Shown: positions 21,134-30,033 of the stretch, piece after piece
Numbering within the stretch: position 1 is the first letter of the stretch
Layout of the letters: each line of letters opens with the position of its first letter
NCBI GenBank assembly: GCA_963734955.1
Contig: CAVTJO010000006.1
Span: forward strand, 411,458 to 475,457
Origin: an uncultured Bacteroidota bacterium
GTDB taxonomy: Bacteria; Bacteroidota; Ignavibacteria; UBA10030; UBA6906
DNA length: 64,000 nt
Direction: 5' to 3'
Notes under the pieces: generated by a model
What the model saw: the letters and a program-made list of their open reading frames with translations, nothing else
Databases searched by the model: none
Told to the model about the DNA's origin: nothing
Position numbers and translations under genes: made by a program

Positions 21134-21757
21134 ATGTACGAGTGGAAATTCAATCCCCGTCCGTATAGCGATGATGAAGCAAAGAAGGTCCTTGCTCCGG
21201 TCATCGATGCGGAAACAACCGACTGGCACTACAACACCCACCACAAGGGTTACGTGACTGCCCTGAACACCATCGAAAAAGGACTGGAAGCCGCCGACCG
21301 CGCAGGTGCAAACGGCAACTACAGCCCGATTGGCGAGTTGAAGAGGCGAACCACGTGGAACCACGCGGGGGCACTTCTCCATGATGTGTACTGGGAGGTG
21401 ATGGGTGGAGACGGCAATGCCTCGAAGGGCGCTGAGGTGAAGGCTGCAATTGAGAAGGAATTTGGTTCCATTGATACATGGAAAGCAGATTTTAAGGCTG
21501 CTGCGGTTTCCGCCAAGCTGAGCGGTTGGGGTGTCCTTGTGTATGACATGCTCTACTCAAAACGCCTTCTCAACGTGCTCGTGGACGAGCACCACTACGG
21601 TGCCATCTGGGGTGGTATCCCGTTGATTGCGTGCGATGTCTTTGAACATGCGTACTATCATAAGGACGGTCCCAAGCGTGCAGTCTACATTGACAACTTC
21701 CTCGGGAATTTGCACTGGGGGAGAATCAACGATCGCTACAAGAAATACGCGAAATAA
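21134..21757 (+). CDS. sod: Fe/Mn-family superoxide dismutase
   Basis: HYNTHHKGY and DVFEHAYY metal-ligand motifs. AGGAGG RBS. Confidence 0.9.
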   Translation: MYEWKFNPRPYSDDEAKKVLAPVIDAETTDWHYNTHHKGYVTALNTIEKGLEAADRAGANGNYSPIGELKRRTTWNHAGALLHDVYWEVMGGDGNASKGAEVKAAIEKEFGSIDTWKADFKAAAVSAKLSGWGVLVYDMLYSKRLLNVLVDEHHYGAIWGGIPLIACDVFEHAYYHKDGPKRAVYIDNFLGNLHWGRINDRYKKYAK

Positions 21758-21774
21758 TCAGCGCGGGCAAGACC

Positions 21775-21981
21775 ATGCACAGATGGACGTGGCGTGACGT
21801 CGACGACATCGCTCTCGATCTGGTCGAGCGTTACCCGACGCTTGATCCTCTTACGGTGAAACTGCCGGAGTTGAAGCAGATGGTCACGGAGCTTCCGACC
21901 TTTGCCGACAATCCGGAAGCCGCGAGCGACAAGATCCTCGAGGCAATTCAAGCTGCCTGGTATGACGAGTTTGAGGATTGA
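21775..21981 (+). CDS. iscX: Fe-S assembly protein IscX (YfhJ) homolog
   Basis: 66-68 aa. WTWRDVDDIALDLVERYPTLDPLTVKLPEL...DNPEAASDKILEAIQAAWYDE aligns along its whole length with the IscX family signature (WTDxxEIxxxLxxxYPDxDPxTVRF...DDPxASNEKILEAIxxxWxDE). Confidence 0.7.
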   Translation: MHRWTWRDVDDIALDLVERYPTLDPLTVKLPELKQMVTELPTFADNPEAASDKILEAIQAAWYDEFED

Positions 21982-21986
21982 GAGCG

Positions 21987-22620
21987 ATGGCTGAAGAGAT
22001 GTTGCCGCTGTTTCCCCTGAACGTTGTGTTGTTCCCGGGTTCTGCGCTTCCACTCCATATCTTCGAGGATCGGTACAAGATCCTGGTTCGCGAGTGTTCG
22101 GAGAAGCGGGGAATGGAGTTCGGGATCAACCGTGTCGAGGGGGAACGGCTTTCCTCTATTGGCTGCACGGCAGTGGTGAGGGAGGTTGTCAAACGATATG
22201 AGGATGGCCGGTTTGACATCATTGCAGATGGAATGAGACGGTACCAGCTCCAAGGTCTGGATCAGGGTAAGACGCCATACTACGTCGGACGGGTGACGTT
22301 CCTGGAAGACGAAAAGGATGAGGTCGACGCGGCACTGTTGAATGAAACCACCGACCTCTACAACCGTCTCGTAACGTCAGTGTATGAAGATCGACTGCCG
22401 CGTATTTCCGCGGCACTAGCCTCACGCCCCATGTCCGTTTGTCATGGCTCAAAAAATAGGAATGACCCCTCGTGAGCGCCAGAACCTTCTCGAAATGAGG
22501 TCGGAGAATGAGAGGCTTCGCAGTGTCCACAGCTACCTGGCAGGTGTAGTTCCAAAACTGAAACACGTGCAGGAGGTTCAACGCATAATCAACAACGATG
22601 GCTACATTATCAATTCATGA
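21987..22620 (+). CDS. Lon protease N-terminal (LON substrate-binding) domain protein, interrupted by a frameshift near 22419-22445
   Basis: LPLFPLNVVLFPGSALPLHIFEDRYK motif. The C-terminal helix (TPRERQNLLEMRSENERLRSVHSYLAGV...) continues in another frame to 22620. Confidence 0.65.
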
Positions 22621-22635
22621 ACACTGGAGATGACA

Positions 22636-22731
22636 ATGAACAAGAAGAAGCAGGCTGTTCGGAGAAAACATAAGAAGGCTGTCGAGCGCGCGAAAGCAAA
22701 ACGCAGGGCTCAGATGGCGTCGAAAAAGTGA
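22636..22731 (+). CDS. 31-aa highly basic small protein (MNKKKQAVRRKHKKAVERAKAKRRAQMASKK), candidate ribosome-associated small protein (bS22-like composition)
   Basis: GGAG RBS 6 nt upstream of the ATG, followed immediately by a strong intrinsic terminator. Too short for the ORF track. Confidence 0.45.
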   Translation: MNKKKQAVRRKHKKAVERAKAKRRAQMASKK

Positions 22732-22742
22732 CTGCCCAAGGG

Positions 22743-22774
22743 AAAGGTGATCGGATGATCACCTTTTCTTGTTT
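22743..22774 (+). terminator. Rho-independent terminator (10 bp stem aaaggtgatc/gatcaccttt, loop ggat, then TTTCTTGTTT)
   Basis: Perfect inverted repeat plus T-tract, downstream of the Lon-N gene and the small basic ORF. Confidence 0.6.
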
Positions 22775-22817
22775 AAAGGTTGCGCACTCAACTATCATTC
22801 TCTATATTTGAACCACC

Positions 22818-23718
22818 ATGACGATGAGCCTGGTGAGAGAACACATCGTGTTTCGATTTGGGAAAAGGACATACGACCTTTCCAGCCGTACTCATTTGAT
22901 GGGCGTCCTCAATATCACGCCCGATTCCTTCTCGGATGGTGGGCGATTCCTCACACGGGAAGCCGCCAGAGAGCATGCCCTCCGCATGATTGACGACGGC
23001 GCTGATTTCATCGATGTGGGTGGCGAATCGACCCGACCCAGAGGCCAGGCATATGGCGAAGGAGCGGAAGCGGTATCGCTGGACGAGGAACTCGAGCGTG
23101 TCATTCCCGTTGTCGGGATGCTCGCCCGGGAAACTGATGTGCCAATCTCCATCGACACCTACAAGTCAGATGTTGCCAGGGAAGCGCTAAAGGCGGGGGC
23201 CTCGATCGTAAACGACATCAGCGGGTTCACGTTCGATCAGACAATGCCGGCCGTTGTTGCGGAAGCCGGCGCCTCGGCAGTGGTGATGCATATTCAGGGA
23301 ACACCGAAAACGATGCAGCAAAATCCATCGTACGAGGATCTGATGGGAGAGATTTGTGCCTTTCTTGATGCAGGGGTCGAGCAAGGGCAGACGTTCGGGC
23401 ATCACACAACTCATTGTCGACCCGGGTATTGGCTTCGGGAAGAGGTTGGAGCATAACCTGCAACTGATCGGGCACCTGCAGGAACTGGCCGCGCTGGGCT
23501 GCCCGATTCTCATTGGGCCGTCGAGGAAATCGTTTATCGGGACCGTTCTCGATCTTCCCGTCCACGATCGACTTGAAGGCTCGCTTGCTGCGGCAGTGGC
23601 ATGTGTGCTAAACGGGGCCAACATTCTCCGGGTTCACGATGTGAAAGCAACCAAACGTGCGGTGATGGTCGCTGATGCCATCAAACAAACAATGACGACT
23701 CCGAAGCAGGCAGGTTGA
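22818..23718 (+). CDS. folP: Dihydropteroate synthase, interrupted by a frameshift near 23380-23400
   Basis: GVLNITPDSFSDGG and DVGGESTRP in the first frame. DPGIGFGK and the C-terminal half lie in the second frame (ORF track pieces 22818..23456 and 23356..23718). Confidence 0.8.
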
Positions 23719-24539
23719 CGATGGAACTGTTCAAGATAGGGTTCCTTACGATAGGGCTGAACGATCTCATTGACATCGCGCTGGTGTCCGTGATATTCTA
23801 TCGACTCTATCTTGTCATGCGCGGTACCATTGCGGCACAGATTTTCATCGGCCTTGTCCTGATTATTGCCATCTCATTCATCGCTCAGGCAGCTAATCTC
23901 AAGGTGATGAGCTGGATCATGAGAACGCTCACTGATATCTGGGTGATTGCGTTTATCATTTTGTTCCAGCCGGAGTTGCGTCGCTTGCTCGTGCTCCTCG
24001 GCCGGAATCCTGTGGTTCGGTTCTTCGTGCGAGGAAATGTTGATGAGTCGGTTGACGACGTTGTTGCAGCAGTCATCGAGCTCTCGCGGAAGAAGCAGGG
24101 CGCATTGATCGTGTTCGTTCGTGCCACCGGAATCCGTGCACACGTCGAGACCGGCACGAAGATGGAGGCGCTTGTCAGCAAATCATTGATCCTGTCCATT
24201 TTCAATCCGAAGTCGCCGCTTCACGACGGGGCTGTGGTCATCAAGGACCGGCTGATTGAGGCCGCCCGCTGCACACTTCCTCTTTCCAACATCACGTCGT
24301 GGGAAGGAGAATTACTCGGAACACGACATCGATCGGGCCTCGGAATCTCTGAACAGGCCGATGTCGTTGTGGTAATCGTCTCAGAAGAGACGGGATCGAT
24401 TTCACTTGCTGAAAATGGCATCATGTACCGCAGCCTCACTCCTGCCAGCCTGAGGAAAGAACTCAAAGACCGGCTGATGCTTGAAACCGACGATCGATCT
24501 CTCGGTTCCATCTGGCGGATGATCAAGAACTCCAATTGA
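23715..24539 (+). CDS. cdaA: Diadenylate cyclase CdaA (c-di-AMP synthase)
   Basis: Three N-terminal TM helices, then the DAC domain (GALIVF, PLHDGAVVI, LGTRHRSGLGISEQADVVVVIVSEETG). ATGA overlap with folP. Confidence 0.85.
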   Translation: MTMELFKIGFLTIGLNDLIDIALVSVIFYRLYLVMRGTIAAQIFIGLVLIIAISFIAQAANLKVMSWIMRTLTDIWVIAFIILFQPELRRLLVLLGRNPVVRFFVRGNVDESVDDVVAAVIELSRKKQGALIVFVRATGIRAHVETGTKMEALVSKSLILSIFNPKSPLHDGAVVIKDRLIEAARCTLPLSNITSWEGELLGTRHRSGLGISEQADVVVVIVSEETGSISLAENGIMYRSLTPASLRKELKDRLMLETDDRSLGSIWRMIKNSN

Positions 24540-24557
24540 ACAAGTGCAAAGACGCCG

Positions 24558-25226
24558 GTGAGCATCTTCGACTCTGACCGGGAGGACATGATCGCCCTCC
24601 TCAAGGACCGGGGAATCACCGATGCCCGCATACTCCGGGCAATGGTAACCATTGACCGGCACGTGTTCGTGCCTGAGCCATTTACCAGTCGCGCGTATGA
24701 GGATTGCGCTCTGCCGATTGGCAAGGGTCAGACGATCTCGCAGCCATACACCGTTGCCTTCATGACGCAGGCTCTTGGTGTAAAGGAGGGGGACAGGATT
24801 CTCGAGATTGGGACCGGGTCAGGATACCAGGCGGTGGTACTTACATTGATGGGTGCGCGGGTCTTTACTATAGAACGAAACCCCGAACTCCATGCTGCTG
24901 CGAGAAAGTTGATCGACCGGCTTGGGTACCGTATCGCAACGAAGTGCGGAGACGGGACAGTTGGATGGTCTGAGTTCGCGCCATTTAATGGTATCATGGT
25001 GACGGCCGGTGCTCCGCATGTTCCCCAAACACTTGTGCGACAGCTCGCCGACGGTGGCAAACTGGTGATTCCCGTGGGCAATCTTGAAAACCAATCGCTC
25101 ACCGTCGTCACACGGCACGGCGACCAGCTCGATCGAAGGGAAATCGAAGGGTTCAAGTTTGTTCCTCTCATCGGCAAGATGGGTTGGGACAAGCCAATGA
25201 TCAATCGAACCATCCCCCCACGTTGA
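24558..25226 (+). CDS. pcm: Protein-L-isoaspartate O-methyltransferase
   Basis: GQTISQPY, LEIGTGSGYQAV and the rest of the PCMT signature. GTG start. Confidence 0.85.
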   Translation: MSIFDSDREDMIALLKDRGITDARILRAMVTIDRHVFVPEPFTSRAYEDCALPIGKGQTISQPYTVAFMTQALGVKEGDRILEIGTGSGYQAVVLTLMGARVFTIERNPELHAAARKLIDRLGYRIATKCGDGTVGWSEFAPFNGIMVTAGAPHVPQTLVRQLADGGKLVIPVGNLENQSLTVVTRHGDQLDRREIEGFKFVPLIGKMGWDKPMINRTIPPR

Positions 25227-25237
25227 CCGCAACTTCA

Positions 25238-26215
25238 GTGACCCTCGCTTCGAAAACCAAACCCTCCGTGCTTGTACTCGTTGGCCCCACATGTTCCGGA
25301 AAGACGGCAGTCTCACTTGCTCTTGCCTCACACCTCAACGGAGAAATCATATCTGCGGATTCGCGCCAGGTGTACAAGCACCTCGATATCGGAACCGCCA
25401 AACCAACGATGGCGGAGCGTTCGATTGTACGCCATCACTTTGTGGATGAATTGTTGCCGGATCAGGAATTCAACGCTGGTGAATTTGGTGATCAAGGCCG
25501 CGCCACAATCGGGAGAATCCTGGAGAAGAACAAGCTGCCGATCGTCGTAGGAGGATCCGGACTCTACATCCGCTCGTTGATTGATGGACTTTTTGAAGGT
25601 CCTCGCGCGGATCAGGAATTCCGCGACGCAATGGAAAGCCAGGTCAAGGAAGGACGTCTCGGTGCATTGCTTGAGACGTTGAGGCGTGTTGACCCGGAAT
25701 CCGCAGCCCGGATTGATCCGACCAAACCCAGACGCATCATTCGAGCGCTTGAAGTTCACCGGTTGGCGGGCCGGGCTCTCTCGCAGCTTCAAAGAGAGCG
25801 AAAAGTTGAAATCAATTTTGTACCAAGACTATTCGGCCTGCAGTGGGAGCGGCATGTATTGTATCAGCGCATTGAGGATCGGTGTCAGCAAATGATCGAG
25901 CGTGGGTTTCTTTCCGAAGTCGAACGTCTTCGCTTGATGGGCTTTGATGATTCTCTGAACGCACTGAACACCGTGGGATATGCCGAGGCATTTGCGTACT
26001 TGAGGGGAGCGATCTCGTATCATGAGTTCGTCCGGCTGTTCAAGCAGAATTCCCGCCGGTATGCAAAGCGTCAGATGACATGGTTCCGGCGGGACCATAG
26101 AATTGCATGGATTGAGATGGACCGGAGGCGATCGACGGACACTGTCGTCAAGGAAATCACAAGAAGATTCCTGGCGACCGTGGCTCTCCCTGTCGTTGAT
26201 TCTGACAGGGAATAG
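25238..26215 (+). CDS. miaA: tRNA dimethylallyltransferase MiaA
   Basis: P-loop GPTCSGKT, SADSRQVY, DIGTAKP. ORF track starts at 25184 (TTG, inside pcm); GTG at 25238 gives a typical N-terminus. Confidence 0.85.
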   Translation: MTLASKTKPSVLVLVGPTCSGKTAVSLALASHLNGEIISADSRQVYKHLDIGTAKPTMAERSIVRHHFVDELLPDQEFNAGEFGDQGRATIGRILEKNKLPIVVGGSGLYIRSLIDGLFEGPRADQEFRDAMESQVKEGRLGALLETLRRVDPESAARIDPTKPRRIIRALEVHRLAGRALSQLQRERKVEINFVPRLFGLQWERHVLYQRIEDRCQQMIERGFLSEVERLRLMGFDDSLNALNTVGYAEAFAYLRGAISYHEFVRLFKQNSRRYAKRQMTWFRRDHRIAWIEMDRRRSTDTVVKEITRRFLATVALPVVDSDRE

Positions 26216-26241
26216 CATTATCTTTATTCGTGCGGAACAAT

Positions 26242-26316
26242 CGGGGCGTAGCGCAGCCCGGCTAGCGCGCTTGGTTCGGGACCAAGAGGTCGGGGGTTCG
26301 AATCCCCCCGCCCCGA
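26242..26316 (+). tRNA. tRNA-Pro (anticodon CGG)
   Basis: Cloverleaf folded by hand: acceptor CGGGGCG/CGCCCCG, D-arm GCGC-AGCCCGGCTA-GCGC, anticodon arm CTTGG-TTCGGGA-CCAAG, T-arm GGGGG-TTCGAAT-CCCCC, discriminator A. Confidence 0.85.
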
Positions 26317-26360
26317 CAAGATTTGTAGGCACTTTCGTCTCTCCCCCTTCGACCTTACCC

Positions 26361-26867
26361 TTGATTGCACCCTTGCCTGAACACTCGAAATGCACGGAGC
26401 AGTTTGACCGATTGGGCAGATGGTTTCACAGACTGAAGCATGTTGCGGAAGGATCGGAGAAGCCCCAGTCTGTTGAACTCCATCGGGATGATTACTTCGC
26501 ATTCTTCTTGAATTGCTATCACCTGAAGGATTGGATAAAGAACGACCCATCGGTACCACATTTGAAAGACTTGGTCGAAGGATACATTAACCAGTCGGTT
26601 GCGCTGAGTATTTGCGCCGACATTTGCAATGGTCTCAAACATCTCAAACTCAACAGCTCCCGAAGTGGCCTGAACCCAACGTTCGACCCTAAAGTGTACA
26701 CCCGAATTGAGATTGGGTCAAGGTCCAAGAGAGCGGGGATTGGATTCCTCGTTGCCACCGACAAGGGAGACCACGAAGCCTTCGATTTGGCATTTGAATG
26801 CCTAATGGAATGGGAGCTGTTTCTCGCAACTCCACCGAGTCTTGCTCAACATCTGTTGAGAAGATAA
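26361..26867 (+). CDS. Hypothetical ORF between tRNA-Pro and its partial duplicate; no in-frame ATG/GTG start (only TTG at 26361/26373/26412)
   Basis: Open frame runs through the tRNA from 26103. Only the downstream part could be a separate gene; possibly a 5'-truncated remnant. Confidence 0.25.
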   Translation: MIAPLPEHSKCTEQFDRLGRWFHRLKHVAEGSEKPQSVELHRDDYFAFFLNCYHLKDWIKNDPSVPHLKDLVEGYINQSVALSICADICNGLKHLKLNSSRSGLNPTFDPKVYTRIEIGSRSKRAGIGFLVATDKGDHEAFDLAFECLMEWELFLATPPSLAQHLLRR

Positions 26868-26896
26868 CATCGGATGTTGAGATTCAGATTCCAACC

Positions 26897-26967
26897 GGGC
26901 GCCTCCGGCGCCAAGGTCGGGGGTTCTGCCGAAGGGACGACCTCGTCGGAATCCCGCCGCCCCGACA
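26897..26967 (+). repeat. Degenerate direct repeat of the tRNA-Pro 3' half (anticodon-stem 3' side through acceptor end), with a 22-nt insertion in the T-loop, preceded by a GGCGCC-TCC-GGCGCC hairpin
   Basis: ccaag-gtc-ggggg-ttc-[tgccgaagggacgacctcgtcg]-gaat-cccgc-cgccccg-aca vs tRNA ccaag-aggtc-ggggg-ttc-gaat-ccccc-cgccccg-aca. Confidence 0.5.
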
Positions 26968-27233
26968 TGTACCACGTGTACGTTCTTCACAACGAATTCA
27001 CCCAACGATACTCCGTGGTTCCACCCAGAATGTGAGCAATCGTCTTCATGAGCGGTATATACCGCAAATAGAGCAATAGCAGCACATCGTGTGGATTCAT
27101 CGGACACGAAGATGCACCTGCAAACGCGATAGAATTGGCATCGATCTGATGAACACCAATACCCTGCTTTGTGTCCGTCAAGTTGCTTCCGTGACTTCAT
27201 TTTCAGATTGGAACGAAATACTACACTATGTGC

Positions 27234-27262
27234 TTGACAATTTTAGTCACATTTGGTACATT
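27234..27262 (+). promoter_or_regulatory. Sigma-70-like promoter TTGACA-17-TACATT upstream of the six-gene surface operon
   Basis: Exact -35 hexamer, 17 nt spacer, good -10, about 190 nt upstream of the first gene. Confidence 0.3.
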
Positions 27263-27449
27263 CGTACGAAGTCGAAATCTGATTGTTCTCACCATCTAGC
27301 TCAAGAATCGGGAAGCACACTACCTGCAAGTTCCACGAGTGTGGAGTGAAGGTCAACACTCCCGGAATGAAAAGTGGACGCGGATAAGTGGTCTCGAAGC
27401 TCATTCCACCCAGAATTGGCTGGTCTAATCACTTTCAGGAAGAGCCATT

Positions 27450-28136
27450 ATGTTTGCACCACACAGGAGATTTATTACCACACTCACGTTCTTGGGGGCA
27501 TGTTTGTCCGCTCTTTCCTTCTCTTGCAAGGAATACGATTACATTTCGCCGTCGCCCGGCATCCTTGAGGTTCGGTTGCGCACAAAGAGTACGGTTGACA
27601 CAAACTATGTGTCTTTTCCCTTGACGAATCCCGGAACAGGTACATACAGCTTTATGTATTCGATTCTGCGGAACATCATTGTCAAGGAACCGAACGGAGC
27701 TCAGATAGAACTTTTCTCCGACCTCCATGCCATCCGTAGAAATGACAAGGGAGACACCGTGAATTGTCTGGGCGAACTGGCAAGAGATTCTGCGTTTGTT
27801 CTAGGCATTGCGTACGCACCTCCGAAGACATTTACAGAGATCGATTTGCGAATCGTCCCGATATACGTGTTCGGGATTCAATTGATCCAGAGGTTTGGGG
27901 CCGACACATCCTCGATCTTTCTCGGGAACTTCATTCCATTGCGTCAGCCCAGCAGTCTCTTGGGGGATCTGAACCAGCTCCCCTATCCGAATCAAGCTCC
28001 GTTAAGTATTCCAGTACAGGAAGGGCACCTTACACGCGTGACGATTACGTTCGATCTGGACTCGGCTCTGGTGCGCAAGGCGGAGTGGTGCGACTATGTT
28101 CCTTACTTCTACGTTTCGTCAGTCCAGACTTTCTAA
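27450..28136 (+). CDS. Hypothetical lipoprotein (lipobox LGAC)
   Basis: Signal peptide with R-rich n-region, then L-G-A-C lipobox at residues 15-18. No known domain. Confidence 0.65.
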   Translation: MFAPHRRFITTLTFLGACLSALSFSCKEYDYISPSPGILEVRLRTKSTVDTNYVSFPLTNPGTGTYSFMYSILRNIIVKEPNGAQIELFSDLHAIRRNDKGDTVNCLGELARDSAFVLGIAYAPPKTFTEIDLRIVPIYVFGIQLIQRFGADTSSIFLGNFIPLRQPSSLLGDLNQLPYPNQAPLSIPVQEGHLTRVTITFDLDSALVRKAEWCDYVPYFYVSSVQTF

Positions 28137-28166
28137 GTACACAACCACGAGATCGGGTCATCGGCT

Positions 28167-30002
28167 ATGCATCGAACAATCAGGCAACCTGTTTTTCAGT
28201 TCTTCGCAATGGCTATTGCCATCGCAAGTGTCGTCCTCGTAGTATGGAGTTGCGAAAACCCCACAGGCCAGCTGTTGGGGAACTCGCCACCGCAAACGAC
28301 AATTGCCAACATTCCGGTCAACGATACATTGGCCGTCTACTTCAGGCTCGGAACACTTCCCGAGCAAACATTGTACTGGTCCGGCGGCGATCCGGACGGG
28401 TACGTGATCGGATTTCGTTATAAGTGGACGGATTCAACCCGTGGTGGTGCGGGGAGGAGTGCGGGGTGGACGACGCTCCTGAATGTGACGACATTCGGCG
28501 ACGGAAGTGCTGTGCCGAACACAATCCTCGTAAAAGGGACACCAAGCTCTCTTCTAAGGTTCTACCATTACTTCCAAACGTTGACGAATGTCGACACAAT
28601 TCGGATGATCGGAGATTCGCTGGTTGCCCGGGCAACCATCAGTGTTCCTTTTGGTCACGGGTTACCGGGAGACTCCGTCTATGGTGGAGACCCCGACGCG
28701 AACATATCTCCAAACCAGGGGACCTTTATTTTCGGTTCCCCAGACTCGGCGAACGTTCACCTCTTCCAAGTGGCAGCGATTGACAACAATGAAGCCGTCG
28801 ATCCCACACCTGCGTATGTATTCTTTTGGACGCAACAAGCGCCCGCACCAGAGGCGAGATTCGCAGCGGTTGCACGCAACCCGGCATCAGGAGCCACAGA
28901 CACACTCGTGCTTCGTGAAATAAACAGTCGTTGGGCCGGCATAAGAATAACATACTTTGCCGTTGATCCCAGCACTTTTGAACAGCAGTTTTCCTGGGCT
29001 GTTGACGATACGGTTACCCATCCCCCAGACGCGCCCGGATCTCGTTGGTCCCCATGGAGCGACGCCCAAGTCGCAATCGTGACTGCATCAAACTTTCTCG
29101 ACCTGACTACAGACTCTCTTATCACACACAAGTTCTTCCTGCGCGCCAAAAACCGGTGGGGCGTCATCAGTCCAACCGCTGAGACTACTTTTGTTGCCAT
29201 CCTGCCGGCGATCGACGACCCCAATTATCCTTCCAAGTTCCTCATCATTAATAATGATAAGATTGGGAATGGGACACGAGGGAATCCCGATACCACAACA
29301 ATCAACAATTTTTATCGAGGAATACTCCAGGAACTCAACATACCGGGGACTCTTGACCTCTGGACGACGGGATCACAGAGGAGCGGTGGGACGGTCACTT
29401 ACAGGATTCCCAGTCGAACGACCCTTACAAAGTATCGCGCAATTCTGTTCGTGTACGAACAACCTCCTCAAGGATTCGTCAATCAGGATATCCAAAGAAA
29501 GTTTAACAGTGTCAAGGAGCAGTCTCTCAGGGACTATCTCAATGTTGGTGGAAAACTCATCTTCAGTGGTCCACCGAACGCTGATTTGAATATCGACGCA
29601 TATTTGCCCCTTTTCGAGGGACAGTGGTCGTACGATGTTTTTCACATCCAGGGATATACCAAGAATCCGAATCGTGATTTCATCGGTGCAAGAGGAGTCT
29701 TGGGCTATCCGACAATCATGCTTGATACGTTGAAGCTTCCCGCTGACTCGGCAGATGGGATTCGAAACATAGCAATCAACATTCCTCGAACATTTGCCCA
29801 ATCGATTTCAGCGTTTGATTCTCGCACCAATGACCCGGCTTTCGAGAACCAGCCCGTTGGCATCCGTTACAAGGCTCTTCCCGAGCCGCCTGCGCGCGAT
29901 ACTTATTCGATGGTGTTTTTTGGTTTTCCTCTCTACTATGGTCAGAGAGACGCAGTGAAAGATGCATTGCGGCAAGCCATTGTGGATATCGGCTACCGAT
30001 GA
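28167..30002 (+). CDS. Hypothetical large exported protein / lipoprotein (611 aa)
   Basis: N-terminal signal/TM plus Cys (VVWSC). No recognisable catalytic motif. Confidence 0.65.
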   Translation: MHRTIRQPVFQFFAMAIAIASVVLVVWSCENPTGQLLGNSPPQTTIANIPVNDTLAVYFRLGTLPEQTLYWSGGDPDGYVIGFRYKWTDSTRGGAGRSAGWTTLLNVTTFGDGSAVPNTILVKGTPSSLLRFYHYFQTLTNVDTIRMIGDSLVARATISVPFGHGLPGDSVYGGDPDANISPNQGTFIFGSPDSANVHLFQVAAIDNNEAVDPTPAYVFFWTQQAPAPEARFAAVARNPASGATDTLVLREINSRWAGIRITYFAVDPSTFEQQFSWAVDDTVTHPPDAPGSRWSPWSDAQVAIVTASNFLDLTTDSLITHKFFLRAKNRWGVISPTAETTFVAILPAIDDPNYPSKFLIINNDKIGNGTRGNPDTTTINNFYRGILQELNIPGTLDLWTTGSQRSGGTVTYRIPSRTTLTKYRAILFVYEQPPQGFVNQDIQRKFNSVKEQSLRDYLNVGGKLIFSGPPNADLNIDAYLPLFEGQWSYDVFHIQGYTKNPNRDFIGARGVLGYPTIMLDTLKLPADSADGIRNIAINIPRTFAQSISAFDSRTNDPAFENQPVGIRYKALPEPPARDTYSMVFFGFPLYYGQRDAVKDALRQAIVDIGYR

Positions 30003-30033
30003 GCAATCTCTTTTTGAACCCGGAGATCTTCAA

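Noticed and set aside
26802-27200. 132 aa minus-strand ORF covering the partial tRNA copy
   Set aside because: It overlaps the tRNA-derived repeat and the promoter region. It has no RBS and no homology signal.
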